Below are positions 44,905-54,032 of a DNA stretch of 64,000 nucleotides, one piece after another. The position numbers were made by a program, and so were the translations under genes. Below the pieces are notes generated by a model that was not told the origin of the DNA, did no database searches, and saw only the letters and a program-made list of their open reading frames with translations. Within the stretch, counting starts at the first letter, position 1. Each line of letters begins with the position of its first letter. The stretch covers positions 210,960 to 274,959 of the forward strand of contig CAYVYN010000001.1 of assembly GCA_964455905.1 (NCBI GenBank), in the 5' to 3' direction. Origin of the DNA: an uncultured bacterium. Its GTDB lineage: Bacteria > Chlamydiota > Chlamydiia > Chlamydiales > Rhabdochlamydiaceae.

Positions 44905-45141
44905 CTACTTGCAATCTTTGCAAGCTAGAAACATTGTTTCTTTAAGAGCTTCTTCAACAACTTCTTGCTCTTCAGAATCACAAGTTAAAAGAGCTGCCTG
45001 AGCAGAATCTTCTTTTGTAGATTCTTCTTGAGGAGCAACAGGAAGAACTTCTTCTGTATTTTCATCTTCAGGACACCCTTCACAAGCAACTAATGACGCT
45101 GTTGTGAAAGCAAAAAACATAGCAAATAGTATTTTTTTCAT
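44905..45141 (-). CDS. Small secreted acidic protein with terminal Cys pairs
   Basis: Signal/lipobox-like MKKILFAMFFAFTTASLVAC, then CEGCP near the mature N-terminus and CKDCK at the C-terminus, with a very acidic middle. Confidence 0.5.
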   Translation of the reverse strand: MKKILFAMFFAFTTASLVACEGCPEDENTEEVLPVAPQEESTKEDSAQAALLTCDSEEQEVVEEALKETMFLACKDCK

Positions 45142-45220
45142 AAAAAACTCCTTTTTTATTTTTATAAACTAAGTTTCGACTTTAACAGATTACACATTTA
45201 CAGAACAGAAAAAACATCGA

Positions 45221-46363
45221 CTAAAAAGATATCGGAGGCAAAATAAAAACAGTATTTAATTCATCTAAATTTTCAATAAGAGATCTAGCTTCAATCTCAT
45301 AAAAATACCCGCCTTCTCTTAAACAAGCAACAGATGAAACAGTTGCAACTTCAAGTCCTGGGGGAAATATCCCATCTAGTCCACTCGTAACTAGCAAATC
45401 ACCCTCCTTTACAAGAACAGGATCTGCTGTTCGCAGATCTCTAGCAGGACCTTCCTCATCAGAAAAATCAAAATTAAATCCGACCCCCTTTAAAACCTGT
45501 CCTCTAGATCTCCACAAAGGCAAACTACTTCCAAAGAGCTCCCCCTTAGCCAAATAAAGATCCGCAGGGTCTGATGCCTTAAAAAAAGTTGGGACTCTTT
45601 GCAAAGAAGAAAATACAACTCTAGCTTCTGCTTCTGAAGAAAAAAGCTCTGGCCTTGTTTGCAAGGCGTGTAAAAGACTTTCTATCTGAGATACTAACAA
45701 TCGATTTTGACTCTCACCTCTAATTACCCGAACAGAAGGAACAAGTTTCGAATCAGTAATCAATCGGACCTTAGATCGATACTCTCCCACTTCCTCAATA
45801 ACTCCAACTAAAGTATTCCCTATAACAACAGGACTGTTTTTAGCAACTAGAGCCTCTTGAAGAGCTTTATTATCTCTTTCGCCCAAATCAATCCAAAGAA
45901 AACTACTCCAAGAACAAGGCTCTCGATAGACAACTTTTGCGGGTAATGCCTTCATTTGCAGTTTAAGGATTCGAGCCATCTGATTTCTTCGCCTTGCAAA
46001 AAAAGCCCCCCACTCTTCTGGAACTTCTGCAGTGTCAATTGCTTTAAGCCTAAGTATTTGGTCCTCAATCCGATCTTCACTGACAAGCCACTGCCTTAAA
46101 TTTTCGACCTGTAGAGACAAAAGTTGATTTTCTCTTTTAAGGTTTTCCATTTCTAGTAAAGTCTTGTCAGAAATCCCATAAAAAGAAGGAATAGTCAATA
46201 ACCTAACTGTTTTTTCTTTGATTAAATGGCAGACTTCCCAGCTTGGAGCAATCGAGCTAATTGCAAAAAATCGAGTCTTTTGACTAATTTTTTCTGGCAA
46301 ACTCAAAGATAAAACAAGAAGAAAAGCAAGAAAAACAGGAGAACGCCACTTAAATCTTCTCAC
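45221..46363 (-). CDS. mreC: Rod-shape/division protein MreC
   Basis: N-terminal TM, a coiled coil (LEMENLKRENQLLSLQVENLRQW), then the beta domains VVIGNTLVGVIEEVGEYRSKVRLITDS and GDLLVTSGLDGIFPPGLEVATV. Confidence 0.8.
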   Translation of the reverse strand: MRRFKWRSPVFLAFLLVLSLSLPEKISQKTRFFAISSIAPSWEVCHLIKEKTVRLLTIPSFYGISDKTLLEMENLKRENQLLSLQVENLRQWLVSEDRIEDQILRLKAIDTAEVPEEWGAFFARRRNQMARILKLQMKALPAKVVYREPCSWSSFLWIDLGERDNKALQEALVAKNSPVVIGNTLVGVIEEVGEYRSKVRLITDSKLVPSVRVIRGESQNRLLVSQIESLLHALQTRPELFSSEAEARVVFSSLQRVPTFFKASDPADLYLAKGELFGSSLPLWRSRGQVLKGVGFNFDFSDEEGPARDLRTADPVLVKEGDLLVTSGLDGIFPPGLEVATVSSVACLREGGYFYEIEARSLIENLDELNTVFILPPISF

Positions 46364-46477
46364 AAAACAGCTCCCTTATAAAGGTACAACGGACAAAGTC
46401 AAAGCCATAATATACTAGAGCTGAAAATTAGAGACAAATAAAAGTAAAAAAACAATCTCTTTATTGAAAAAAATCAA

Positions 46478-47902
46478 TTAAAGAGCTGAATGGAAATCTT
46501 CACCCACTCTAGCTTCTATCACAAAACGGTCCTGAACCTCTCTTGGCAAAAGAGAAATAAATTTTTCAGAAGTTTCTGGTGAAGATTTCTGTATAAAGCT
46601 AATTAAATTATCATATTCATAAACAGTCTCTATCATTTCCTTTTCAATGGAGCTGCCTTCTTTGATAATTTTTGACTCTATTAACGACTCAATAATTTTT
46701 AATTCCGGGGTAGAAAGAAGCAAAAAATACGAAGCGCACATAACTGGCGTAAAGGTCAATTGCAAGGCTCGATTTCCCTTAAAAAAATCTTGCCAAATTA
46801 CAACTATCGGCCCCAAAGCCATAAGACAAAGGAAACATGCAGTCACTTTCGCAGTTATCGTTTGGTTTTTACGCAACTGCTCAGCTAAATTATCAGGAAC
46901 CTTTCCATCAACTCTGTCAATAAGGCTTTTAGAAAAACCTCTAGCAGAGTCTGCGATATATAATTTACTAATAAACATCGTGGCTATAATTGCTGCTGAA
47001 CAAAAAATAGCCAAAAGAGTTGTATCTTTTGTGATGTATTCTTTCGTAATTTCTTCGGTATACCAAGCGCAACCAGCTTGATATCCCAAGGTAAGAAATA
47101 CACCGACACCGGAGGCACTTCCTAAAAACACTTGCTGTATGGGTGAAAGCACCGCAGGAGCGCTGGGCTCTCTAACAGAAACAATCGCCTTAAGATAACC
47201 TGTAACAGGATCTTGTGATCGATCTAGAGACTTAGCAAGCTGCAATGCCCGAATAAACACAGCCTTTTGATCTAAAGGTAGGTTTATAAAATACGATTTG
47301 TTTTCTTGCAGTATCCCAATTAAACGATCCTGTATATCGAGGGCTTTTGGATTTTGCCCGATACGACTAAACATCAGCTCTGTCTGACCCTGAAGAGATG
47401 CAGCCGGAAACCAAAGAGATGAAGCAAAACCAGCTACAACAAGAGGGACCCCATATTTGCGGTCGTTATAAACCAGAGCAGGAAAAACCCCCGGAATTTG
47501 AGACAAGCAAGCTAAAGCAGCATTCGCAATACCAGTTACCACACCTAAATAAAGAGGTAATGGTCTTCTTTTTAACCTCTCTTGCTCAGGAGTTTTGACT
47601 TCGAGTAAGGACTTAATCAATGTATCGCCACAGTCGTATCCTAACACCATAAAAGTAAAAACATTACAAAAAGCAAATAAGTATCCAGCTGGAAGTTGAA
47701 GAGAAATATTTACATACCCACTTTCACCAAAAATTGAAATCATAATAAGACCAGCTCTAAGCATATATAAAGCTGTCTTTTTATCAATTTCTGGTAATTC
47801 CCTCTGAGAGATTTTCTCTATGTGGCCTCGAACATCATTTAAAATGCTCAAAGAAGAGCTCTCAGAAGAAAGCAACGGGACATCTTTTCTATTAGTCAAC
47901 AT
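46478..47902 (-). CDS. Polytopic membrane protein of unknown function
   Basis: 474-aa ORF with about 8 hydrophobic segments and soluble N- and C-terminal tails. No family motif recognised. Confidence 0.45.
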   Translation of the reverse strand: MLTNRKDVPLLSSESSSLSILNDVRGHIEKISQRELPEIDKKTALYMLRAGLIMISIFGESGYVNISLQLPAGYLFAFCNVFTFMVLGYDCGDTLIKSLLEVKTPEQERLKRRPLPLYLGVVTGIANAALACLSQIPGVFPALVYNDRKYGVPLVVAGFASSLWFPAASLQGQTELMFSRIGQNPKALDIQDRLIGILQENKSYFINLPLDQKAVFIRALQLAKSLDRSQDPVTGYLKAIVSVREPSAPAVLSPIQQVFLGSASGVGVFLTLGYQAGCAWYTEEITKEYITKDTTLLAIFCSAAIIATMFISKLYIADSARGFSKSLIDRVDGKVPDNLAEQLRKNQTITAKVTACFLCLMALGPIVVIWQDFFKGNRALQLTFTPVMCASYFLLLSTPELKIIESLIESKIIKEGSSIEKEMIETVYEYDNLISFIQKSSPETSEKFISLLPREVQDRFVIEARVGEDFHSAL

Positions 47903-48004
47903 ATCACACCTGTTTTAAAGCAAAAAAATCACTATTTGCAAAAATAGCAAATAAAAACACGGGAAATAATACGAGATTAATTAATTAAAAGAAAAACAAA
48001 ACAT

Positions 48005-49381
48005 CTACTCCCTTCTGTTTTTATAAAAATAAAAAAGAAAAACAGGAGATATTGTAATTAAATTGCCCAAAAGCACCATGGATAAATACTTATTTTTAGA
48101 ACCTACAGCTATATTTTCAGGGTGCAAGAAAAATACAGCAATAGTCGCTAAACAACCAAATACTCCCAAAAGAGAAACAATCCATATCCCTGGCGTCTTG
48201 CCTGGTATCTTAAAAACCTTAGGTCTATTTTTATATTTGTAATGCAGCTTAAATGCAGCGAAAAACATAAGAACATACATTATCATGTAAAGTTCAGTAC
48301 TTAAACCTGTTAAAAACCAATAAAAACCATTAACCTCCGGCACTAACAAAAGAACAAAACAAAAAATAGTCACTAAGATTGCTTGAGAAAGGAGAATATT
48401 CACAGGAACCCCTTTGCTATTTTTCTTAGCAAAAAAGCTAGGTAAATATCCAAATTCAGCTGCATGCAGAAGCCCCTTAGCTGGTGAAACAAGCCAATTA
48501 ATAATACTACCTATAGAGCCTAAAACAATCAAAACCGTCAATATAGGAGTCAACCACTCCAAATGAAAAACTTCAAAAAATCGAGAAAGCACCTGCATAA
48601 CCCCAGAAACTAAATTAATTTCTTTAACTGGCAAAACAACCGCAATAGCAAGAGATCCAAAAACCATTGTAGCTAGAATAAAGAAACTAGAAAGTAGAAG
48701 AGCCTTTGGAAAGTTTTTTTGAGGATTTTTAATATCCCCCACATGAACACCTGCTAGCTCCATTCCTAAAAAAGAAGCCATAATAGCTATAAGAGAAATC
48801 CAAGTTGTAGACTGAGAAAAGGACGGAATAAATGTGCTAAGACTTATATTTACCTGGAGAGCCTGCCCAGAAAAAAACCAAATAAACCCTAAAGTAATCA
48901 ACAAGATCATAGGGAACACCATTCCAATAACTCCAAACAAATTATTTATTCTTGAAGAAAAATGCATGCCCCAAAAATTAGCTACAGTAATAGACCAAAA
49001 AACAACTAACACAGAAGCTATGAGGTATATTTTATTTTGAACTAAATCAGGATGAATTAAATATGCAGCTGTACCGGCTATAAATAAAAGAACTGTAGGA
49101 TACCAAACCATCGTATTAATCCATTGGAGCCAAATCGCAAGCATAGCCCACTTTTCTCCAAAAGCTTTGTAAACCCAATGATAAATTCCTCCTTTTTCAG
49201 GGTAAGTTGCCGTTAGCTCTGCGGCAACTAAGGCAGTAGGAATCAAAAACATAATAGCTGCGCCAACAAAGAAAAAAATCAAATCACTACCAAAAAGGGC
49301 AGCAGAAGGCAAATTACGAATACTATCAATAGAAGCGACGATTAGCATCACAAGAGAAAAAAGCGAAATTTTTTTATTCAT
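48005..49381 (-). CDS. APC-superfamily amino-acid transporter (GadC-like glutamate/GABA antiporter subfamily)
   Basis: The track start at 49420 is a TTG; the first ATG (MNKKISLF) is at 49381. LIPTALVAAELTATYPEKGGIYHWVYKAFGEKW is typical of APC/AGT carriers. 12 or more TM segments. Confidence 0.7.
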   Translation of the reverse strand: MNKKISLFSLVMLIVASIDSIRNLPSAALFGSDLIFFFVGAAIMFLIPTALVAAELTATYPEKGGIYHWVYKAFGEKWAMLAIWLQWINTMVWYPTVLLFIAGTAAYLIHPDLVQNKIYLIASVLVVFWSITVANFWGMHFSSRINNLFGVIGMVFPMILLITLGFIWFFSGQALQVNISLSTFIPSFSQSTTWISLIAIMASFLGMELAGVHVGDIKNPQKNFPKALLLSSFFILATMVFGSLAIAVVLPVKEINLVSGVMQVLSRFFEVFHLEWLTPILTVLIVLGSIGSIINWLVSPAKGLLHAAEFGYLPSFFAKKNSKGVPVNILLSQAILVTIFCFVLLLVPEVNGFYWFLTGLSTELYMIMYVLMFFAAFKLHYKYKNRPKVFKIPGKTPGIWIVSLLGVFGCLATIAVFFLHPENIAVGSKNKYLSMVLLGNLITISPVFLFYFYKNRRE

Positions 49382-49552
49382 TTTAAAACCCTTAAAATAA
49401 GAAATTAAAATTTTAGACAAAATGTCCTTTTAGGAAAAGGGATTTCAATTTACAAAAATAGTATTTTGATAAAAGGACTTGCAAAATTAGAAGAAAATTG
49501 GTGAATATAACGTGAAAAAGAATGAATTTTTTATTGTGCAAAGGATTGCCTC

Positions 49553-50416
49553 ATGCAACTAGAATTTATCGAACTCGTCCAACAACTACGATCCCATTTC
49601 ATGGATCTGTTTTTTAAAGGGCTTAACTTTTTTGACACCCCTATTTTTTTCTTTGTTCTATTGCCCTATCTTTGGTTTGGAAAGAATTGGAAAGTGAGCC
49701 TACGCCTTTTTGCAATTCTCTTACTTAGCACGCTAGCGGTAAGTCTCCTAAAAAACTTCTTTGCTTACCCCAGACCCTTTCATATTCTTCCGAAGCTCGG
49801 TGTAATACACGTACCTGGCTATGGATTTCCTAGCGGAGGAGCAACCTCTGCAATGCTTTTATCAGCGCTTTTACTTACCTATGCGAAAAGCTCCTGGAAA
49901 TGGCTTTTTGGATTTTCTTTTTTTTTCCTTGTCTCTCTATCTAGAATCTATCTGGGAGTTCACTTCCCTATAGATATTTTAGGAGGATGGATTTTAGGTC
50001 TTATTCTATGGGCTTTATTTGTCTTTACTGCCCCTTCAATAGAAGCATGGCTAAAAAAATGCCCTCGTTCTATTTTATTTATGATTAGCCAAATAGCCCC
50101 TCTCTTACTATCTCTATCCCATCCTACTTCTAGTTTTTTTCTCTTTTCTACAATTGGAATGGGTCTTTCTATGGGATTATTTATTAACTACTACTACGGT
50201 CTTTGCTTACCAAAACCGACAACTCCAATAGAATCTTTATTTAGGGGATGCTTTGGAAGTATTTTTGCCGTTGTACTTTTTGTTCTTTTAAAACAGCTCC
50301 CCTCCTCAGAATATAAACCCTACCTTCTTGGCCAAGGATTGCTATTTGGTCTAACTCTGAGCATAGGGGGAACTTTTATCTGCAAGGAACTTTTAAAAAA
50401 GATAAGAAAAAAATAA
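49553..50416 (+). CDS. PAP2-family membrane phosphatase
   Basis: KNFFAYPRP (KxxxxxxRP), PSGG (PSGH-like) and SRIYLGVHFPIDILGG (SRxxxxxHxxxD), followed by extra C-terminal TM segments. Confidence 0.8.
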   Translation: MQLEFIELVQQLRSHFMDLFFKGLNFFDTPIFFFVLLPYLWFGKNWKVSLRLFAILLLSTLAVSLLKNFFAYPRPFHILPKLGVIHVPGYGFPSGGATSAMLLSALLLTYAKSSWKWLFGFSFFFLVSLSRIYLGVHFPIDILGGWILGLILWALFVFTAPSIEAWLKKCPRSILFMISQIAPLLLSLSHPTSSFFLFSTIGMGLSMGLFINYYYGLCLPKPTTPIESLFRGCFGSIFAVVLFVLLKQLPSSEYKPYLLGQGLLFGLTLSIGGTFICKELLKKIRKK

Positions 50417-50440
50417 AAAAAAGGGGGGGGCCCCCTTTTT
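50414..50440. terminator. Homopolymeric A/G/C/T hairpin, bidirectional terminator
   Basis: AAAAAAAA-GGGGGGGG-CCCCC-TTTTT at 50414-50440, between convergent genes. Confidence 0.55.
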
Positions 50441-50450
50441 AACGTAAATG

Positions 50451-51806
50451 CTACTTACTCGGTCTCCATCTTGCTTTATCATCTTTAATTGGAACAATAT
50501 CGTAATAATTATATTGGCCCGGTCTCATTTCAGAAGAATAATTATATACAGTTGAAAGATTCTCAGGAAAATATTCTCTAAATTCAGGAAATTCACTTTC
50601 AAAATGTATTTGAGTAGCTTCTTCTATCTCTATTCTTGAAATTCCATAATGCAATTCCATCGACTCTGCTAACTTATCCAAATTCATGCGTCCTATAGAC
50701 TTATCAAATACAATACTTTGTTCACTTCCCACATCTTTATCAGAATCTTCCCTACTAATATATTGACCTTTATAGAGCCCCTCCAATCCAAGCCCTCTTT
50801 TACTTCTCAAATCTATATCAACTGCGTCATCAAGGTCTCTGTGAACAATTCTTGTTGGCAACCCTCTTGCATCAACCTCTACAAGAGTATTTTGACCATG
50901 CAATTCTAGTAAAATACCTTTCTCTCTATAGGCTACAATAAAGAAGTCAACCAAAGGAAAAATAATTTCTGTTAACACAAATTCTTTAGCAAACGTTTTT
51001 TTATCCAATAGAGTTTCAGTATCTGCATAAGCTCGATCTATCATTTGGGTAATTAAAACAGGAGCGCTTGGATCCAAAACGTCAGATCCATAAAGAGCAA
51101 ACATAGGAATCATCGTTCTTTCAGAAGAATCCTCAGCAAGAGGGTAGGGTCTAGCTTCTCGAACAATATATCCCCAACCTCTTTCTCCATTAAATGTCGC
51201 ACCTATAGAGTCAGGTAAAATCGCAAACTTGGGGTAAAGGCCAGAACCTAATAATCCTTTTAATTCTCTAGTTACAGAAACGCAGTGCTCAATAGTCCCT
51301 TTTCCTAACCTACGGTCAAACCGAGAAATTAAATAAGGACAGTGCATTTTAATCATCACCTTAGAAACCACATCTAAAACTGTTCGACAAGAAGATGTTG
51401 GAACTACTGTTAAATCGCTCCTTTCTAAAAAATGCTCTTTCGCTATTGCAAGATAAGGATCCGAGCTGCTTTGATCAAAAAACTGGGGAAACACATTCAT
51501 CCAAACAGCATCTCCCTTAATAACTAAGCCAAGAAGCTCTTCTGAGTCCGTATCAGAATAAACCGATATCGCGCCGTTAGTATTATCTAATAAAACCCTA
51601 GGGACAGCATAGGCTTCCCCCGTTGGGTTTCCTGGCTGATAACGAAGATCGACATCAATCCTCTGAGCCATTGCTGTATAATTTCTAGTTCCTCCATTTC
51701 CATATCTTTCATAATGGATAAGCTGTCTATCCTTAGGATCTTCAAGCTCCACTCCGTGCCTATCTGTAGTTTTATAAAGTCCTGGCATTACTGAAGAAAT
51801 CATCAT
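50451..51806 (-). CDS. Divergent IucA/IucC (NIS-synthetase)-like ligase
   Basis: VVPTSSCRTV, IKMHCPYLISRFDRRLG and ILLELHGQNTLVEV...IVHRDLDD resemble the conserved S.RT, K....S..R and E.HgQN...RD motifs of IucA/IucC enzymes. It is shorter than canonical members. Confidence 0.4.
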   Translation of the reverse strand: MMISSVMPGLYKTTDRHGVELEDPKDRQLIHYERYGNGGTRNYTAMAQRIDVDLRYQPGNPTGEAYAVPRVLLDNTNGAISVYSDTDSEELLGLVIKGDAVWMNVFPQFFDQSSSDPYLAIAKEHFLERSDLTVVPTSSCRTVLDVVSKVMIKMHCPYLISRFDRRLGKGTIEHCVSVTRELKGLLGSGLYPKFAILPDSIGATFNGERGWGYIVREARPYPLAEDSSERTMIPMFALYGSDVLDPSAPVLITQMIDRAYADTETLLDKKTFAKEFVLTEIIFPLVDFFIVAYREKGILLELHGQNTLVEVDARGLPTRIVHRDLDDAVDIDLRSKRGLGLEGLYKGQYISREDSDKDVGSEQSIVFDKSIGRMNLDKLAESMELHYGISRIEIEEATQIHFESEFPEFREYFPENLSTVYNYSSEMRPGQYNYYDIVPIKDDKARWRPSK

Positions 51807-51986
51807 TAAAAAACCCCTTACTTTAATAAGCGAATTAATTATTAAGTTAATTCTATCAGTTAATTAATTAATTTAAAATCAAAATTAAAACAATAGTTTC
51901 GCAAAACTTTCACAATAAACAACATATAGCATTTTATTTTTTTTTAAACGACCAAAAAGCAATCCGCCTAATCAATAAAACTTAGG

Positions 51987-52015
51987 TTGCTGTTTTTTTT
52001 TATTTTGTATATGAT
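51987..52015 (+). promoter_or_regulatory. Candidate tRNA-Ala promoter
   Basis: TTGCTG (51987-51992), 17-nt spacer, TATGAT (52010-52015), about 20 nt upstream of the tRNA 5' end. Confidence 0.35.
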
Positions 52016-52034
52016 CTTAAATTGCCCTTCTAAT

Positions 52035-52107
52035 GGGGCGTTAGCTCAATTGGTAGAGCGCAACAATGGCATTGTTGAGGTCAGCGGTTCGATTCCGCTA
52101 CGCTCCA
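52035..52107 (+). tRNA. tRNA-Ala (anticodon GGC)
   Basis: Cloverleaf folded by hand. The acceptor stem is GGGGCGT/ACGCTCC with the Ala identity pair G3:U70. D arm GCTC..GAGC. Anticodon stem CAACA/TGTTG with loop ATGGCAT. T arm AGCGG-TTCGATT-CCGCT. Discriminator A. CCA is not encoded. Confidence 0.95.
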
Positions 52108-52126
52108 GATTTTCGAACTTTTTGAT

Positions 52127-52153
52127 AAAACCAGCCAAGCGTTGGTTTTTTTT
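52127..52153 (+). terminator. Terminator after tRNA-Ala
   Basis: AAAACCAGC-caagc-GTTGGTTTT followed by a T-run. Confidence 0.5.
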
Positions 52154-52391
52154 ATTGTGTAAATCCTTCTGAAATCAACCGACCAAACTCCACAGCCCTA
52201 TTTAATTCAAGGGTTCGATAATGTCCATTCCGAAAAAACCAGTTTTCTAGAGAAGATCGAACTGGTAAGCCTTTTTTAACAGCGGAGATAGCTTTCTGAT
52301 AATAAATATCAAGCTGAGAAATGATGCCATTCGATAGGGAAATGCTTCCTATAATTTCTATCGGTGTCTTTGAGACTATGATATGAGTCTT
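52152..52391 (-). pseudogene. Start-less 79-codon open frame, probable gene remnant next to the tRNA
   Basis: The minus frame reads KTHIIVSKTPIEIIGSISLSNGIISQLDIYYQKAISAVKKGLPVRSSLENWFFRNGHYRTLELNRAVEFGRLISEGFTQ* between two stops. It has no ATG, GTG or TTG that would give a sensible start. Confidence 0.3.
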
Positions 52392-52466
52392 TTACAATAT
52401 CTTTGAGTATCTAAAATCCCATAACGATAGGCAGTTTTGAGTAATAGAAACTCTTATTCCCTTTAA

Positions 52467-53240
52467 ATGTACGTAATTTTGAGCTATACTACTTGTCTTA
52501 TGGATAAGAATTTTTGGGATTACCCATTACAACAACACCATCAGCTATCGGATCAAATCCGCCCCCTAGTCACTCCACTATTTGATGCGTTTGGAATCTC
52601 TCATTTCTCCTATTTTTTTGTCACAAAGGAGGGATATTCTGCCTGTTTAGGAACTAACCCAGAGTGGATGGAGTTTTATTTATCCAATTATCTTTTTCTA
52701 CACAACCCATTTTTGAGAAGTCCTCAATTCATACCTGAAGGAGTATTTTTCACTCAATCTATCAAAGAACCTGGATATCGAGAGTCAAAGACACATGCAA
52801 AAAATTTTGGAATAGAAGATTCATTGCTCCTAACTTTTAAAGACAAAGGAGTGTTGCAAGGTTTCTCATTTGGATTGAATAAACATGATAAAAACTACAC
52901 TCTCTTTACGAACGAAATACCTCTTTTAAAACGATTTTGCAAAGAATTTGAAAACCGTGCAGAGCGATCTTTGCAAAAATTAGAGCCTATAGATGTTCGT
53001 CAATTTATTGGGAATCGTTTCTATAAGAAGCTAGATTGGTTTTTATTAGAAAAGAATAAAAGAAAAAATCTCTTGATTAAGCTTAATTTTAAAGCACCAG
53101 ACCTCTCTTCTAGAGAAAAAGAAGCGTTAAGTCTCTATCTTCAAGGCGAAACTGCTAGAAGTATTGCCGAAAAACTACACCTTTCCTCAAGGACGGTGGA
53201 ATCTTACTTAGAAAACATAAAAAATAAATTAAACTGCTGA
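52467..53240 (+). CDS. LuxR/GerE-family transcriptional regulator (solo)
   Basis: The C-terminal HTH is [43 protein letters not shown]. The ~190-aa N-terminal domain could be a ligand-binding module. An alternative start is MDKNFW at 52500. Confidence 0.75.
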   Translation: MYVILSYTTCLMDKNFWDYPLQQHHQLSDQIRPLVTPLFDAFGISHFSYFFVTKEGYSACLGTNPEWMEFYLSNYLFLHNPFLRSPQFIPEGVFFTQSIKEPGYRESKTHAKNFGIEDSLLLTFKDKGVLQGFSFGLNKHDKNYTLFTNEIPLLKRFCKEFENRAERSLQKLEPIDVRQFIGNRFYKKLDWFLLEKNKRKNLLIKLNFKAPDLSSREKEALSLYLQGETARSIAEKLHLSSRTVESYLENIKNKLNC

Positions 53241-53378
53241 AAAAAAACAGAGCTATTAAAAAGAGCTCAGGAGTTACAAGATTACGGGTTATTATCACCG
53301 TAGTTTTTACGGTGATGCATTTTGATCGAATCGTGTATCATCCCTGCTCTTATTAAAAGCAAAAAAGAGGTTTATAAG

Positions 53379-54032
53379 ATGAAAAAGATCATGCTATCCC
53401 TACTCACGGCTTGTGCCACACTCTCTGCGACTCCTCAAGCGATTGTTTTTGATTTCGGTGGGGTAATGACCAAAGAACCAAATCGACAGGCTGTAGTCGA
53501 GTTCCTCTGCAAAAGTTTTGAGCTCTCTGCTCAAGAGTTTGAAGCCGTCAATCAAGAAAAAAGAAAAGCCGCAAAAACTGGCAAAAGGGATCAAGATTTT
53601 TGGATGGAATATGCAAAAGAAAAAAACATTTTTTTACCAAAGGAGTGGGAAGATTCTTTTAATCATGTGATGAAAGATGCTATTGGGGTCAATCACGAAA
53701 TGTACGACCTTGTTCTCAAGTTAAAAGAAAAAGACATCTCTATAGCTCTTCTATCGAATATAGACGACCGCCTAGCTAGGATTATCAGAGAATTTAATTT
53801 ATACACACCCTTTCAGCCATGTCTTCTGTCGTGTGAAATAGGGATGGAGAAACCTGATCCAAAAATTTATGAATTTCTGCTCCAAAAAATGGAACTACCG
53901 TCTACAAAGATCATTTTTGTTGATGATAGAGCAGAAAATATTGAGGCTGCTCAAAAATTAGGCTTCGATGCCATATTGTTTACTTCTCAGAATCAGCTAC
54001 AAAAAGAGCTAAAGAAAAGAGGAGTACTCTAA
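53379..54032 (+). CDS. Secreted HAD-superfamily hydrolase
   Basis: Start at MKKIMLSLLTACATLSA (AAGAGG RBS). HAD motifs: I is AIVFDFGGVMT, II is LLSNI, and III/IV is EKPDPKIYEF...IFVDDRAENI. Confidence 0.75.
   Translation: MKKIMLSLLTACATLSATPQAIVFDFGGVMTKEPNRQAVVEFLCKSFELSAQEFEAVNQEKRKAAKTGKRDQDFWMEYAKEKNIFLPKEWEDSFNHVMKDAIGVNHEMYDLVLKLKEKDISIALLSNIDDRLARIIREFNLYTPFQPCLLSCEIGMEKPDPKIYEFLLQKMELPSTKIIFVDDRAENIEAAQKLGFDAILFTSQNQLQKELKKRGVL

Noticed and set aside
46647-47081. 144-aa plus-strand ORF inside the 474-aa membrane protein gene
   Set aside because: It is nested antisense, with no RBS or recognisable motif. The opposite frame has coherent TM periodicity over 474 aa.
51987-52172. 61-aa plus-strand ORF (MLFFFILYMILNCPSNGALAQLVERNNG...)
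   Set aside because: It reads straight through the tRNA-Ala gene (52035-52107) and its terminator. It starts at a TTG that is better explained as a -35-like hexamer. It is an artefact of ORF calling.
52210-52235. Partial copy of the tRNA T-arm (GGTTCGAT ... ATTCCG) about 105 nt downstream of tRNA-Ala, considered as an att direct repeat
   Set aside because: The match is only 8 contiguous nt plus a 6-nt piece separated by an insertion. It is too close to the tRNA to bracket anything. I found no second copy near 54000-54415.
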